Assembly (NCBI GenBank): GCA_905178155.1
Contig: CAJINV010000006.1
Location: forward strand, 4,513,175 to 4,577,174
Reading direction: 5' to 3'
DNA from: Amoebophrya sp. A120
Taxonomy: Eukaryota > Protista > Dinoflagellata
DNA: 64,000 nt
Under the pieces are notes generated by a model. The model made no database searches and was not told the origin of the DNA. It saw only the letters and a program-made list of their open reading frames with translations. The number at the start of each line of letters is the position of its first letter. Positions within the stretch are counted from its first letter, which is position 1. This document shows, one piece after another, positions 38,201 through 49,400 of this stretch. The position numbers were made by a program, and so were the translations under genes.

Positions 38201-39156
38201 TGTGGTGGTATGAAATGCAAATATGTCTGGGTCTCCTGGAAACTTGTAATGCTAAAAGTGAATCGTAGACGCACTGCAATGCGTAGCTACGCATGACAAA
38301 TTTTTTGGCTGCCATGTCTTACGTGTTCCGCCTGGCAAACTGCGTTTTTGCATGACAGGCAAGAGGGTCTTTTCGCGCCTATGCAAGACAGATTCTCGAG
38401 TCATGCCAGACAAGCATGACAAACGTGCACTCTTCCAGACCCAGACACTTTTGCAGTTCATAGGTGGTGAAGTCGCGACTGAAGCGGGAGACGAGGCAGC
38501 TGAAGATTATTGCAAGGAAAAATCCCCCCTCCCCATATCAAAACGGAATTTCTGATGCTGGATTTGTGTACACAAATCAGCTTTGTATTGCAGGAAGGCA
38601 GTGCGGCCAGATCCCCAGGCTAAGTAGGGGCGTATGGGTCTAGTTGTTCAGCATGACAAACGGCTCCCCTTTAGGCCCGACAGCGTGGCAAATCGCTTCC
38701 ATAATGGGGCGGAAGCTTCTGCCCTTGTCTTCTTGCAAGACAGATGTGATTTGTGGCCTCAAATCAGCAACACCAACACAAATCTTCGGGAGCATGCCCT
38801 TTCAATATGGGGAGGGGGGGCTTTTCATTTTGATAAAGATGCTCCAGGATTTGGTGGAATTAAGCGGGATCAACGAGGCGAGGAAATTGAAGATGCAAAC
38901 GACAACAAATAAAAATGACGGAACGACAACTGGAAGCAGGGGCGGTGAACTAGATCAGGATGGGAAAGACCGACCTCTTGGAGCTGTGGACGAAAGGGAC
39001 ACTTCTGGCACGAGGACCGGCCTTGAGCTGCAACAGACGCATGAAAAGACCTCCTCTTCTTTCTTTCCCAACGCAACAACCTTGTTCGAGCTGGATGCGT
39101 TTAATGAGGATTTTTTTCAGGTTTTGAAACAAACGAAACCGGCGATTGGGGCGTGA
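23214..39156 (+). CDS. Very large low-complexity/coiled-coil protein, 19 exons; no family recognised
   Basis: ATG 23214 to TGA 39156. Removing 18 TAT..ATA elements plus one TSD copy each gives a continuous frame with long E/K/Q/L heptad-like stretches and Ser-rich linkers. Confidence 0.85.
26789..27197. mobile_element. Introner, family A, with ~230-bp internal insert; stop-free in frame
   Basis: TSD GCTAT/GCCAT; element plus TSD = 414 nt, so the raw ORF reads through. Confidence 0.82.
27351..27620. mobile_element. Introner, family B
   Basis: TSD AGAAG; frame restored (IEK|QKF). Confidence 0.9.
27926..28899. mobile_element. Introner, family A, with ~800-bp nested GC-rich insert
   Basis: TSD GAAGA; insert ~27956-28760 lies between TATATA runs. 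Confidence 0.85.
30150..30310. mobile_element. Introner, family A
   Basis: TSD ACAAG/ACAAA. Confidence 0.88.
31251..31503. mobile_element. Introner, family B
   Basis: TSD GAGGA; similar to 1215-1473. Confidence 0.9.
31692..31942. mobile_element. Introner, family B, opposite orientation to 31251-31503
   Basis: TSD GATTT. Confidence 0.9.
32584..32920. mobile_element. Introner, family C
   Basis: TSD CAGAC. Confidence 0.88.
33017..33165. mobile_element. Introner, family A
   Basis: TSD GAGAG. Confidence 0.88.
33236..33497. mobile_element. Introner, family B
   Basis: TSD AAGAA. Confidence 0.88.
33566..33825. mobile_element. Introner, family B
   Basis: TSD GAAGT. Confidence 0.88.
34442..34752. 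mobile_element. Introner, family C
   Basis: TSD GTGGC. Confidence 0.9.
34811..35063. mobile_element. Introner, family B
   Basis: TSD ACTTC. Confidence 0.88.
35117..35326. mobile_element. Introner, family G
   Basis: tatcctgagaaaaaagcgttaca...tgtaacacttttttcgtgggata; TSD ATAGA. Confidence 0.88.
36808..37086. mobile_element. Introner, family D
   Basis: TSD TTGAA. Confidence 0.92.
37148..37318. mobile_element. Introner, family A
   Basis: TSD GAGCA. Confidence 0.85.
37952..38163. mobile_element. Introner, divergent TIR type
   Basis: tatcgaagaagaaaa...tttttttcttggata; TSD ACCAA. Confidence 0.8.
38209..38462. mobile_element. Introner, family B
   Basis: TSD GGTGG; empty site present in the duplicate at ~41065. 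Confidence 0.93.
38508..38835. mobile_element. Introner, family C
   Basis: TSD AAGAT; empty site present in the duplicate at ~41105. Confidence 0.93.
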
Positions 39157-40071
39157 TGATGATGATGATGAAAATTATGGGGATCATCATGTGGAGCACG
39201 ACCGCGGGGCAATTGCACAAAACGTGAGCTCTACAACTTGCACTAGTATAGCGGAACTTGTTCAAGATCAAGATGAACGTGATGAACTTGTGACTCTATC
39301 GTTCTGTAGGATTTATTTTCAATGTTACTTTTTACCAATAATCTCAGCTGCAGTAGTTCCTTGTTTTGGAACAGCAGTTGCGCTAGCAAGCCGTTCTTAA
39401 AGAAGCCATAATCGATAGTAGACATTGCCGAGCAGAGTCTGCAACTGCAAGGATCTTTTTTGTTGTAGAATTACAGTTAAATTTCAAAGTTAAAGTAGAC
39501 GACGAAGAGCACGAGGATGCCAGAAGAGGCTAAAACGCACAAGAGGATGCTAAAAATTATGTTTCGAGCGACTTTAGTTACGAAAGCGAGCCAGAAGTAC
39601 AAGTAGAGAAGTAACGATAGAACATGAACCGCAAAAGGCCAATGGCAAAATGCATGATGATGTCCTAGTGGGTCGACTACGTAGAAGTTGCTGTTCCGAT
39701 AATGATGATCATTTTTAACCACAAGCGATCATGGCAACTGGTGATACAGATCTGACAACTACTTCTGTTTACGTACTTAGCACTTTCTCGTCTCATCCAT
39801 CGCCTTTCGCGACACCACGCATGATTCACTTCTACAGCCGGCCAACTCGTTTTTGCTGCTTACATTTTTGACAAAATTACGAGCTGATGTACTATCGTGT
39901 AGAATTTATTCCAAACACCATATTAGACAACGGCCTAATTCGAATCTTTGGATGACTTATCGGCTTCTTGTCGCAGTAGAATAGCACCAGAGCAACCTTT
40001 TTTTCCTGTCTGTTTCCTGTCGTTTTAATATAGACTTCGAACAGAAATCTCTGCTCTCTTTTTCTCACAAA

Positions 40072-40408
40072 ATGGGCTACGTTCTTCGACGACACATGAG
40101 AGCCGCACACCTGAGCAAGAAAAATCCTGCGCCGCTCTATAATTGCTCGGTTGCCGGGTTCTTGATTGCAACTGCAGGTGCTTGTATTGCAGGAGCACTA
40201 GCAGCCTCGCATCACACGAGGACCTACACTGGCGAGAAAGCAGCAGAGGGAGCTACGAGGACCCACAGCCGCCTCCTTTCAGAAGAGCTACCCGGGGATG
40301 CGGACGCTGCGGCCGGTCCTGTCGTGTCCCCCGCCATGGTGGATCCACCTTTTCCAACAAGCGCGGAGAGTACAACATCTCCTACTTTCGCGGTAGGAAC
40401 AACGGGCG
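40072..40408 (+). pseudogene. Truncated 5' paralog of ORF 42574-45351
   Basis: MGYVLRRHMRAAHLSKK...ELPGDADAAAGPV matches MGYSFRRRMRAAHLSKK...ELPGDADAAAGPV, then breaks at the duplication junction. Confidence 0.8.
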
Positions 40409-41023
40409 ACCAACTGCACAGCTTCACCGACGATTTCGTGTTTTGCAGTGAGGCACTACAAGCAGAGCCTAAAGCTTGCGTGGGGGGGACGTTGGTGTAG
40501 GTGCTTAGCATAGCAGAGGCCTGCCAAGATGCCACCACAGCTCGTGGTGACACGAAATTCGCGACTTTTTTGGCTCCGTGTCACCGTCCCGTGTCACCAC
40601 TCGTGTCACCAACCCAAAAAGCTGCCCCGATGCCCTCCCACCCCCGCTTGATATCTGCCCAAATGGCCCCCAGATAGGCTTGGTGGCTGCCACAATGGAC
40701 CCCTGAATGCACGCGCAGCAGCCTGGAGTCAACATCTTCATGACGACTCCAGGCTGCATAACTGCATCTATTAAGGCTGTGGCAGAGGCTTTGCCTCTAC
40801 ATCAAAAGGTCAGGGCTAGCCGGCCCATCCTCCTCACGACTCTGACTACTTACAGTCAGAGAAGCGGCCTCCACTGGCTGAGAAAGGACAGGCGAAAGAA
40901 GCATCATCGCAGGCATTGAGACCTAGCACAAAGGCCGTCGCTGGGGGGGGTGCCAGAAATTCATATTGCTCGGCAGTCACCTGAAAGTCACGGACTGAAT
41001 TCCTAACGTCCATCCAAGCTGTA

Positions 41024-41665
41024 ACCAACTGCACAGCTTCACCGACGATTTCGTGTTTGATGTGGTGGTGAAGTCGCGACTGAAGCGAGAGACGAGGCAG
41101 CTGAAGATGCTCCAGGATTTGGTGGAATTGAGCGGGATAAACGAGGCGAGATATCAAATGTAAAAATGTCTGGGTCTGGAAAAATACGCGATTTGTCATG
41201 CAGCTTTTCCAAATGACCCATGAGGTCTGCAATGCAGGACCTGGCGTGACAGATTCTGTGCGAAGATCTCTCTCATGCCTATCTTGCATCAGAAACTCCC
41301 TCCCGACTTGGTCAAAAGTGGGCAACTTTTGGTAATCATGCAACACAGATTTTTGCATGCTTCAGATTTAGCATGACAAGTGGGATTCTTCCAGACATCC
41401 AGGGATTTTCGCATTTGATACGAGAAGTGTGAAAACCAAAACGACAACAAATAAGCACGGAACGACGACTGGAGATCAGGAGGACGGGATGAACAAAGAA
41501 CAAGTGGAAGACGCGGACCACACTTCTGGCACGACCCGTCTGGAACAACCGACCCGAATGGCGTCATCCTTTCTTCCCAACGCAACAACCTTGTTCGAGC
41601 TGGATGCGTTTAACGAGGATTTTTTTCAGGTTTTGAAACAAACGAAACCGGCGATTGGGGCGTGA
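41024..41665 (+). pseudogene. Duplicated 3' fragment of the coiled-coil gene with different intron content
   Basis: Same C-terminus PNATTLFELDAFNEDFFQVLKQTKPAIGA*; no upstream exons. Confidence 0.8.
41152..41420. mobile_element. Introner, family B, private to the duplicated copy
   Basis: TSD CGAGA; absent at the homologous site ~38880. Confidence 0.9.
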
Positions 41666-42573
41666 TGATGATGAAAATGGGGATCATGTGGAGCACCACG
41701 ACCGCGGGGCAATTGCAAAAAAGAACGTGAGCCCTTCATCTAATAAATTAGACTAGTATAGCGGAACTCCAAGAACTTGTGACCGTCGATCTGTAGGATT
41801 TTGGAATGTTACTTGTTTTTACCGATTATACTCTCCGCTGCAATAGTTCCTTGTTTTGGAACAGCAGTTGATGTGCTAGCAAGCCGTTCTTAAAGAAGCC
41901 ATAAAATAATCGATAGTAGACATTGCCGAGCAGGGTCTGCAACTGCAGCAAGGATCTTTTTGTAGAATTACAGTCAAAAGTCAAAGTAGACGACGACCAG
42001 CACGAGGATGCCAGAAGAAGCTAAAACGCACAAGAGGATGCTAAAAATGTTTCGAACGACTTTACTTACGAAAGCGAGCCAAAAGCAACGATAGAACATG
42101 AACCGCAAAAGGCCAATGGAAAAATGCATGATGATGTCCTAGTGGTTCGACTACGTAGAAGTAGCTGTTCCGATGTTGATGATCATTAGCCACAAGCGAT
42201 TATGACCGACAAGGCAACTGGTGATCCTGATCTGAAAACTACTCCTGTTTACTATACGTACTTAGCACTTTCTTGTCACATCTATCGCCTTTCGCGGCAC
42301 CACGCATGATTCACTTCTACAGCCGGTCAACTCGTTTTTTTCTGTTGCATTTTTGACAAAGTTACGAGCTGATGTATCGATCGTGTAAAATATTTCAAGC
42401 AACATATTGGACAACGGCATAATTCGAATCTTTGGATGACTTGTTGACTTCTTGTCGCAGTAGAATCAATAGCAAGAGCAACATAGACCACGAGCAGCCT
42501 TTTTTTCCTGTTTGTTTCCTGTTGTTTTAATATAGACGTCGAACAGAAATATCTGCTTTCTTTTTCTCACAAA

Positions 42574-45351
42574 ATGGGCTACTCTTTTCGACGACGCATG
42601 AGAGCCGCACACCTGAGCAAAAAACCTGCGCTCTACTGCTATGTTGTTGGATTCTTAATCTCAACTGGAGCTTGTATTGGAGGAGCACTAGGGGCCTCGG
42701 AGGACTACACCTACACGGGCACTAAGGTAGCGGGAACTCGTTCAGATGAGCTGCCCGGTGATGCAGACGCTGCGGCCGGTCCTGTTTTTTCCACTATGGA
42801 GCCACCCTTTCCAACAACAAGCGAGACGAGTACTACAACTATTTCCACTCCTTTCGGAGCGGTAGCAAGGCTTGGGTCCTCCTCAGGTTTTTCGGCTGCG
42901 TCTACTGCATTACCGGGCGCCGGGTCTTCACCTAATACCCCGGTTTTGCGGCGCGAAACCTCGATCACATCCACCGGGTCGTGGCAATATGAGGATGAGA
43001 GACATCTTCGGAGAGAAAATTTTTCCCTCGCAAGTGGAAGTGGAGGCGCAGCTGCAACTGCTGCTGCTACTGCCAGTCACCATGAGCAGCAACAAGAACA
43101 ACCGCAGGAACAACCCCACGATTCTCTGATCGAGGTGCTTCTCTGCAACTGGACTGGGTTAGTGGAAACGCCGTGCAGAAAATACGACGAGCCAAATAAC
43201 CCGGATCCGACTGTGCAAGATTTGAAAAATTGGCTGTTAAAGAACAGTGCGCCGGAAGAGTTCTTTCAACACCGTGTTCAACCTGCGTCGGCCGGCGTGG
43301 AAGGTAAAAATTGGCAACCGTCTTCTACCTCCGGAGCGTTGTGGTCAAAAAGACCTTTCTTCGACCCTGCAACCTGGCTTCCGTATTTCAACGGAACCGA
43401 GCCCGACATTCGGATCAGTAGTTCAAGCCGCCCGGAGCTCTACTGCTTGTCGGACGACGTGAAGGTGCAGGATCTTTACAAGGAGAAGCTGAAGCTGCGA
43501 TTGGAGACGCAAGCAAGACGTCCAGACCATTATGGCTATCAACACGGAGGGACGACGAGCGCAACCATGAAAAACATCAATGCGACCTTGTTACAACAAC
43601 CGGGAGCTCCTGAGCAAACAGTTGGTGGAACAAGGCAAAAAGGCAATTATGCGTCGGCAGCTCATCTTCTTCAACAGCGGCAAAAATTACAGAACGCAAC
43701 GTCTCAAGACCTGATGCTTGAGTACGACCTAGTGGAAAAAAAAGACGACGATATGCTACACTCACACCTATCCGGGTTTTTGAGATTTCTGCACGCCGAG
43801 GACGCGGTGGAGCGTGCAAATTTTATCCAGCGAGTGAAACAAGAGGCTGGGAAGATCTCCGGTGGAGGTGCTAGTACCGGTGAACCATTCGGTGGTGATC
43901 AGGATCACGCCGGACAAGGACAAGGAGTCGGCGTCGTGCCAGCAGCCTTAGCGGATAACCTGGTTTTCGGCGAGTCTCTGAAAGAAGACACTGGAGTGCA
44001 GCTCTGGGATTTTTACCAACGGGATTTGCGTGTAGATGAAGAAGCCGAGGATCTTGTTCTGGAGCGCCAGCGCACTAGAGACGCGGCCCATGATGTCGAG
44101 AAAGAGGATGGAAGAACGAGAAGGCGGCGCGTCTATACTGATTTCCGCGATAAGAAGGATACGTCAAAGCGGCGGACATCTGGTTCAACGCTGAGGACCC
44201 ACACCAGCACAAAACTGCCAACCAATAGGCGTCAAAAAGGCCGCGTTGCAATGAAAGACCGGAATCGGTCATCTCTTTTGAAAACGAGAACGCTACGTCT
44301 GCCGAGCGGCACTAAAGATGGCCTGGACGGGACTATAGCAAAGCTGGCTCGTAGTCGTAATTCCACGTCTTCGCACAAGAAGGGCGCTGTTGTTGTTCCA
44401 GACAAAATAAATGCAACCGACGTCGTACTAGCACCACCGGAACAACAACAAGCCGAAAAATCCATCCTGAAGATCCAGCGCGACCAAATTTTCACCCCCC
44501 AGCAAGACCCTACTTTGTACTTAACTTCGCCTTTCACGACGATGAGCGTGGGCCACGGGCTGGAGCCGGAGGTGGGGAACGCCGTGTTTCTCGCTGCGGC
44601 AAAGGAACTGCTTTTGTGGCAGATATTCGGGACAAAAGACGGTGGCCTGCTTTTAGGCGGCGGGGGCAGAGGGACAGCTAAAATGGGTCCTCGTGGAGCT
44701 GCTCCGAACCGTGACGCTGAAGATGATGTCACGCTTAGCACAGAGACCGTCTTCAACACTCCTGGCCGCAAGCTGTTTTCCGCGGCTCGAAATATGTTTG
44801 AGAATCAGGATGGAGGAGGCTCGAGAACTACATCTCGTGGCGGTGGAAATCCCAGTACAGATGACACTGCGGTGGAACAAGAAGGTGCTGTAGCTGACCA
44901 GCTTTCATCTGTGGTACACGCGGAGGACAGCGCACTCAAGCAAGTCCGCGCCACGCTGGAGTATCCGAGCAACGATGCTGATGTGGGCCAAGTGCAGCCA
45001 CATAAGGAACTTTCGAATGACGTGGTAAAGCTCGGCGACGACGTGTCGATTCGAGTGGAATATGAATTCGATAATACGAATAGCTTCTATCACGACCGGA
45101 TCTTCCAGACTTTCACTTTCCGGGACCACAGCAGAAGCCTGTCCTACGAACTAGAAGTCGTAGCAGTACAACAATCAGGAGAACCTTCAGACGTCGAGAG
45201 ACTGCGTCCAGGGGAAGTAGTCGACGCGGGTGCAGCTACACACGCGACAGGTACTACAGCGGGAGCCGCGTCATCATCGTCTTTACTTCCCTTGCCAATT
45301 TTTGTGCCCTGCTCGCACTGGAGAACGGAGGCTGTCACTGTGAGCATCTAG
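42574..45351 (+). CDS. Intronless 925-aa hypothetical protein with an N-terminal hydrophobic segment (signal or anchor)
   Basis: Uninterrupted ORF; ALYCYVVGFLISTGACIGGALGA near the N-terminus; the N-terminus is conserved in the paralog at 40072. Confidence 0.8.
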   Translation: MGYSFRRRMRAAHLSKKPALYCYVVGFLISTGACIGGALGASEDYTYTGTKVAGTRSDELPGDADAAAGPVFSTMEPPFPTTSETSTTTISTPFGAVARLGSSSGFSAASTALPGAGSSPNTPVLRRETSITSTGSWQYEDERHLRRENFSLASGSGGAAATAAATASHHEQQQEQPQEQPHDSLIEVLLCNWTGLVETPCRKYDEPNNPDPTVQDLKNWLLKNSAPEEFFQHRVQPASAGVEGKNWQPSSTSGALWSKRPFFDPATWLPYFNGTEPDIRISSSSRPELYCLSDDVKVQDLYKEKLKLRLETQARRPDHYGYQHGGTTSATMKNINATLLQQPGAPEQTVGGTRQKGNYASAAHLLQQRQKLQNATSQDLMLEYDLVEKKDDDMLHSHLSGFLRFLHAEDAVERANFIQRVKQEAGKISGGGASTGEPFGGDQDHAGQGQGVGVVPAALADNLVFGESLKEDTGVQLWDFYQRDLRVDEEAEDLVLERQRTRDAAHDVEKEDGRTRRRRVYTDFRDKKDTSKRRTSGSTLRTHTSTKLPTNRRQKGRVAMKDRNRSSLLKTRTLRLPSGTKDGLDGTIAKLARSRNSTSSHKKGAVVVPDKINATDVVLAPPEQQQAEKSILKIQRDQIFTPQQDPTLYLTSPFTTMSVGHGLEPEVGNAVFLAAAKELLLWQIFGTKDGGLLLGGGGRGTAKMGPRGAAPNRDAEDDVTLSTETVFNTPGRKLFSAARNMFENQDGGGSRTTSRGGGNPSTDDTAVEQEGAVADQLSSVVHAEDSALKQVRATLEYPSNDADVGQVQPHKELSNDVVKLGDDVSIRVEYEFDNTNSFYHDRIFQTFTFRDHSRSLSYELEVVAVQQSGEPSDVERLRPGEVVDAGAATHATGTTAGAASSSSLLPLPIFVPCSHWRTEAVTVSI

Positions 45352-46402
45352 GTCAAGTTGTGCCTCCCCTAGACACGATAAAAATGATTGTTGTAGCAGC
45401 TACAAATAGCTGCAGTGCCGCTTTGGAACTTGTCGCCTTTGACAGACGTAGTGTGTAGCAGTAGCCGCGGCCAACATTCAACATTGACATAAGGCCTTCT
45501 CTATTAGCCGTAAAAAGTTAGTAAATCTAAACGCATTGTGATTGTAATGAGTGATCGCGATGAGTGCATTTGCCTATGCAGACACTTTCCATGTCCATAT
45601 GTTAGTCCTACTGAGACGAAACAGATCGATGGATCGATCCTGTTTTAGCACTACGCCCTGTTTGAACGATTTGAATGATTTCTTGTACAATATATTCGAT
45701 TTTTAAAAGCTTTAGCAACCTACCTGATCTTGCTGTATGATGTCAATACGCGCCGCCGCCGCGACAACTCTTGACCTCACTTAGAGGAGCGCATCTTGAA
45801 GACAAGCTTCTTTATTTCTGCAAGTTTTGTATGATATCCCGAAAGTGGTCATCTACTTCGGAAACTTAGACTCTCACTTACCTGAAGCAGCCGCAGATTT
45901 AATTCCCAGGGACATTTCATTCTTGTACGCCAAAAAGAGTGCTGAAGCCAGCACAACTCAGTGTTCTTCGCTTTGTTCCTTTTTGTTGTGCGCCAGCAGC
46001 ACCTAGTAGCTCTTTCTCGAGATCGAGTTTCAACCCGACGGAGTAGTGGTTGACCGATGTGATCTTATTTTGAGGAAGTACAACAACATAACTTTTGTTT
46101 TGCTTCCATCTCAGGAACGATCGATCTGCTCTGGTGCTACTACAATAACATTAACACGCGCATGATCTTCTGCCCCTTGTTCACAGTTGACCAGGTTCCT
46201 TTTTTGGCGACGCAGGTCCCCTTATATGCTCGCACTTGGTCAAGTAGAACATCACACAGTAGGAGCCACAGTTTGAAAGTCCTCGTAAATAATAAATCGT
46301 GTTTGGTTTAAGCATTTGCTTTCGTGGATCTTATATTTCACTTTTTCTTTTGAAGACAAAAAAATATACTTGGAGCAGCTGCCTCGAGCGAAGAAAAACA
46401 AA

Positions 46403-49400
46403 ATGTCGACTGTCCGTGGAGGTGCAACATCCGGTTCATTTGTGCCGCGAAGGGACGACTACCCCCGCCACAAGAGCTGCCCGTGGTCCACCGCGCGGCC
46501 ATCATGCTTGTCGTTTTCATCTTCTCCTACCAGTTTCTTTGCTTTGACTTTGTTCACCGTCTACCTTCGCTCCGCTTTTCATGTTTTACCGGTAGCCGCC
46601 TTCGGTTGCTTTTCCGATTACAGCATGTCATGGTGTATATGCATTGCAAAAGTATCGTACTCGTATGAATGCATGACAAATTTCCTCAGCATGAGAGATA
46701 AAATTTGTAATGCGGATTTACCTTAAAAAGAAGATTTGTGATGCATGACAATGCCTACGAGTGCAGTGCGATACTTTTGCGCAGGATAGTGCAACAACCA
46801 CACAGAGGAGTCTTGCGTTCACGACTACACGTTTTCCGTTTCTCACTTCCAACGGAAACTGAACAAGTACTACCAGAAAAACCACCGACCACCGCTGCTC
46901 GAGGCGTATTTTTTGATAAAAACCCCGCAACCCTACCAAGCGGAGTTTTTGGATGCGGATTGCGCGCCGCCGTTGATCATGGCGCTGTTGCTCGTGTGCG
47001 AAGCGAGGATGGAGTACGACAGTGGACAAGCGGTGCAGTTGTTTGAATTGGCGATGAACTACTTGCAGAACCGGGTTTCACCAGAACAAGCGTACATTCT
47101 CACCAACACCGACACGTGGCCGTTTAAGAAAGCGGTTGCGAGAATTCAGACCATGATGACGGAGCTGGAACAGCGCAAATTGAAGATCGAGGAAAAACTC
47201 GCGGTGCAAAAACAACCAAGAATAAAGGTCGATTTCGTGATTTCCCACTGCAAAGAGCAAGATTTGAATTGGCTCGTCGAGGATTTGACCCCGATGCTTG
47301 TGACCGGGCAGTATCAAATGCAAATATGTCTGGGTCTGGTGGAAGGTTGGAACTTGTGATGCTAACTTTGGACTCTAAAAAAATCTGTATTGCGTGACCA
47401 GCAAGAGGAGTCTAGTTTGTGCTACGCGGGGAGGGCATTTGTCATGCGGAGTAGGCATCAGGAAGCCCGCTACAGATCTGTGATGCTAGGCCGTGCATTA
47501 CAGACATCCTGGGTCATGCAAAATATGCATGACAAACCCTGCAACATTCCAGACCCAGACGCTTTTGCATTTTATAGCCAGGCGAGGGAGACGATTCAAC
47601 CGAAGCTGCTCGTGTACGAAAAGTGTCACCAGGTGACGGATGTCGGGAAGGTTTTTGAGCAATGGAACAACTACCAGAAGAGCAAGGGAAATGTGCAGAA
47701 AATCGCAACAGAGAATCCGTTTGACCTTGATCCGAGCAGGAATCCGGTGCAAGGTAGTTACGAGATCGTCCCGACGCCTGACCCGTCCTTTGTTGTATCA
47801 AATGCAAATATGTCTGGGTCTGGAAGAATGTAAGTTTGTCATGCTTATCTTTCACGACTCCTAACTTTGTGATGCATAAGCAGGATGCTGAGAGTCTTTT
47901 GCCTGTCATGCAAAAACTACGCAGTTTGCCATGCAGAAAACGGAACACATAGCAGCTCAAGAACTTGTCATGCTTGGGTGCGTATTGCAGTGCTTCCACC
48001 ATTCCCAAACCAGCATCACAAGTTTCCAGACCCAGACATATTTGCAGTTGATATGTTGCCCGGGGAGACGAATGCTCGGCGTACTTGAAACACATCCGGA
48101 ATTCCTTCGGAGGAGGAGGAGGTTTTGCCCACGGTGACGAAATGAAGTCGAACACGTTTGCCGACTTTACGTTTTTTCTCCACTCGGACCCCTGGGACCA
48201 CATGCACAAGGAATTTATGAGAGTGGACAACTAGTATTTTTGCCACCTGAAGATGAAGTCCCCGTCATGTTGTGCGGAAGAGGATACTAAGACCTAGGCA
48301 CTTATCTAAAGGATCATCATGCACCAGGAGCTCGGCTCCCTGATGAAAACAAACCGAAACTCACGCCCGCGATTGTAGCTCTGGGAAAGATGAAAGTGAT
48401 GAACGAATTTGAAGAAAAACGTATCGCAAGAAAAAAGTGTTACAGTTACACATTGTGTTGCAGGCCAAGCATGACAGACAAGCTCTGCCATGCGGGATAT
48501 GCATAGGAGCCTCGTTTCATAGGTGTTTTCCCGGAGGATTTCTGCATTACAAGTTTTCTCTCTCATGCAGAGAAATTTGTGTTGCTGAATTCACTACAAA
48601 TGTTTAACTGTAACACTTTTTTCGGTGGATAAAACGGAACATCTTATTAGTACAGCAAGAAGCGGATTTGGAAAAGTTTGAATTGAAGTATAACCCGCTC
48701 AGGTGTTACAATCTCAAACGTTACAATAGAATCTAGAATTTGTGTTGCAAAATGCGCAACATCTGGCCTACTCCCACAGGAGCGCGCATGACAAGTTTCG
48801 GAGCTCCAAACCCCATGAGAATCTGCCGAAATTTGTATTGCGAAAAGCCCGATTCTCTGTTTGGTACTCATGCTGTTCATGCAACACAAATTTCACATTC
48901 TACTGTAACGTTTGAGATTTACTGTAATACGGATCACCGTGTCCCTGAAAACAAACCGAAACTCACGCCCGCGATTGTCTGGTAACCAAATGCGTGCGCG
49001 CGCGCGCGCAGAGGTGGGCGCGCGCGCTCTGCGCGCTTGCGATATTGCTTAGCAAACGCAGCGCGAAGGCAGTTGCCGTTACCATATAGGGCAACCGCCG
49101 GGAGGCGTGAAGGTCAGGGAAATGGCCAGAAATGAAGCGGGAGAAGGGAAAAAAAGCGGACCAGATGGGAAAATGGCCAGGAGGTCAAAAATGTCGCAAA
49201 AATGGCAGAAACCAAGCGGGAGAAGGTGAAAAAAGAGCATTTTTGCGGTTTGGCCCACTTGATATCTGAAAAAGAGACGGACTATTTTTTGCTCCGCCCG
49301 GTGGCCAGCTGCGTTGGAGAAGCAGGCCCGCGACCTGTCCGGAAGCCTTGGGCCGCTTCGTAACTGGAAAAAGTTGGAAAAAAATGACAAAAAATTGCTT

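Larger units (their letters stand above)
38164..42830 (+). repeat. Tandem segmental duplication, ~38164-40375 vs ~41024-42830
   Basis: The 3' end of the coiled-coil gene, the intergenic DNA and the 5' end of the next gene are collinear in both copies, with substitutions and indels. Confidence 0.92.
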
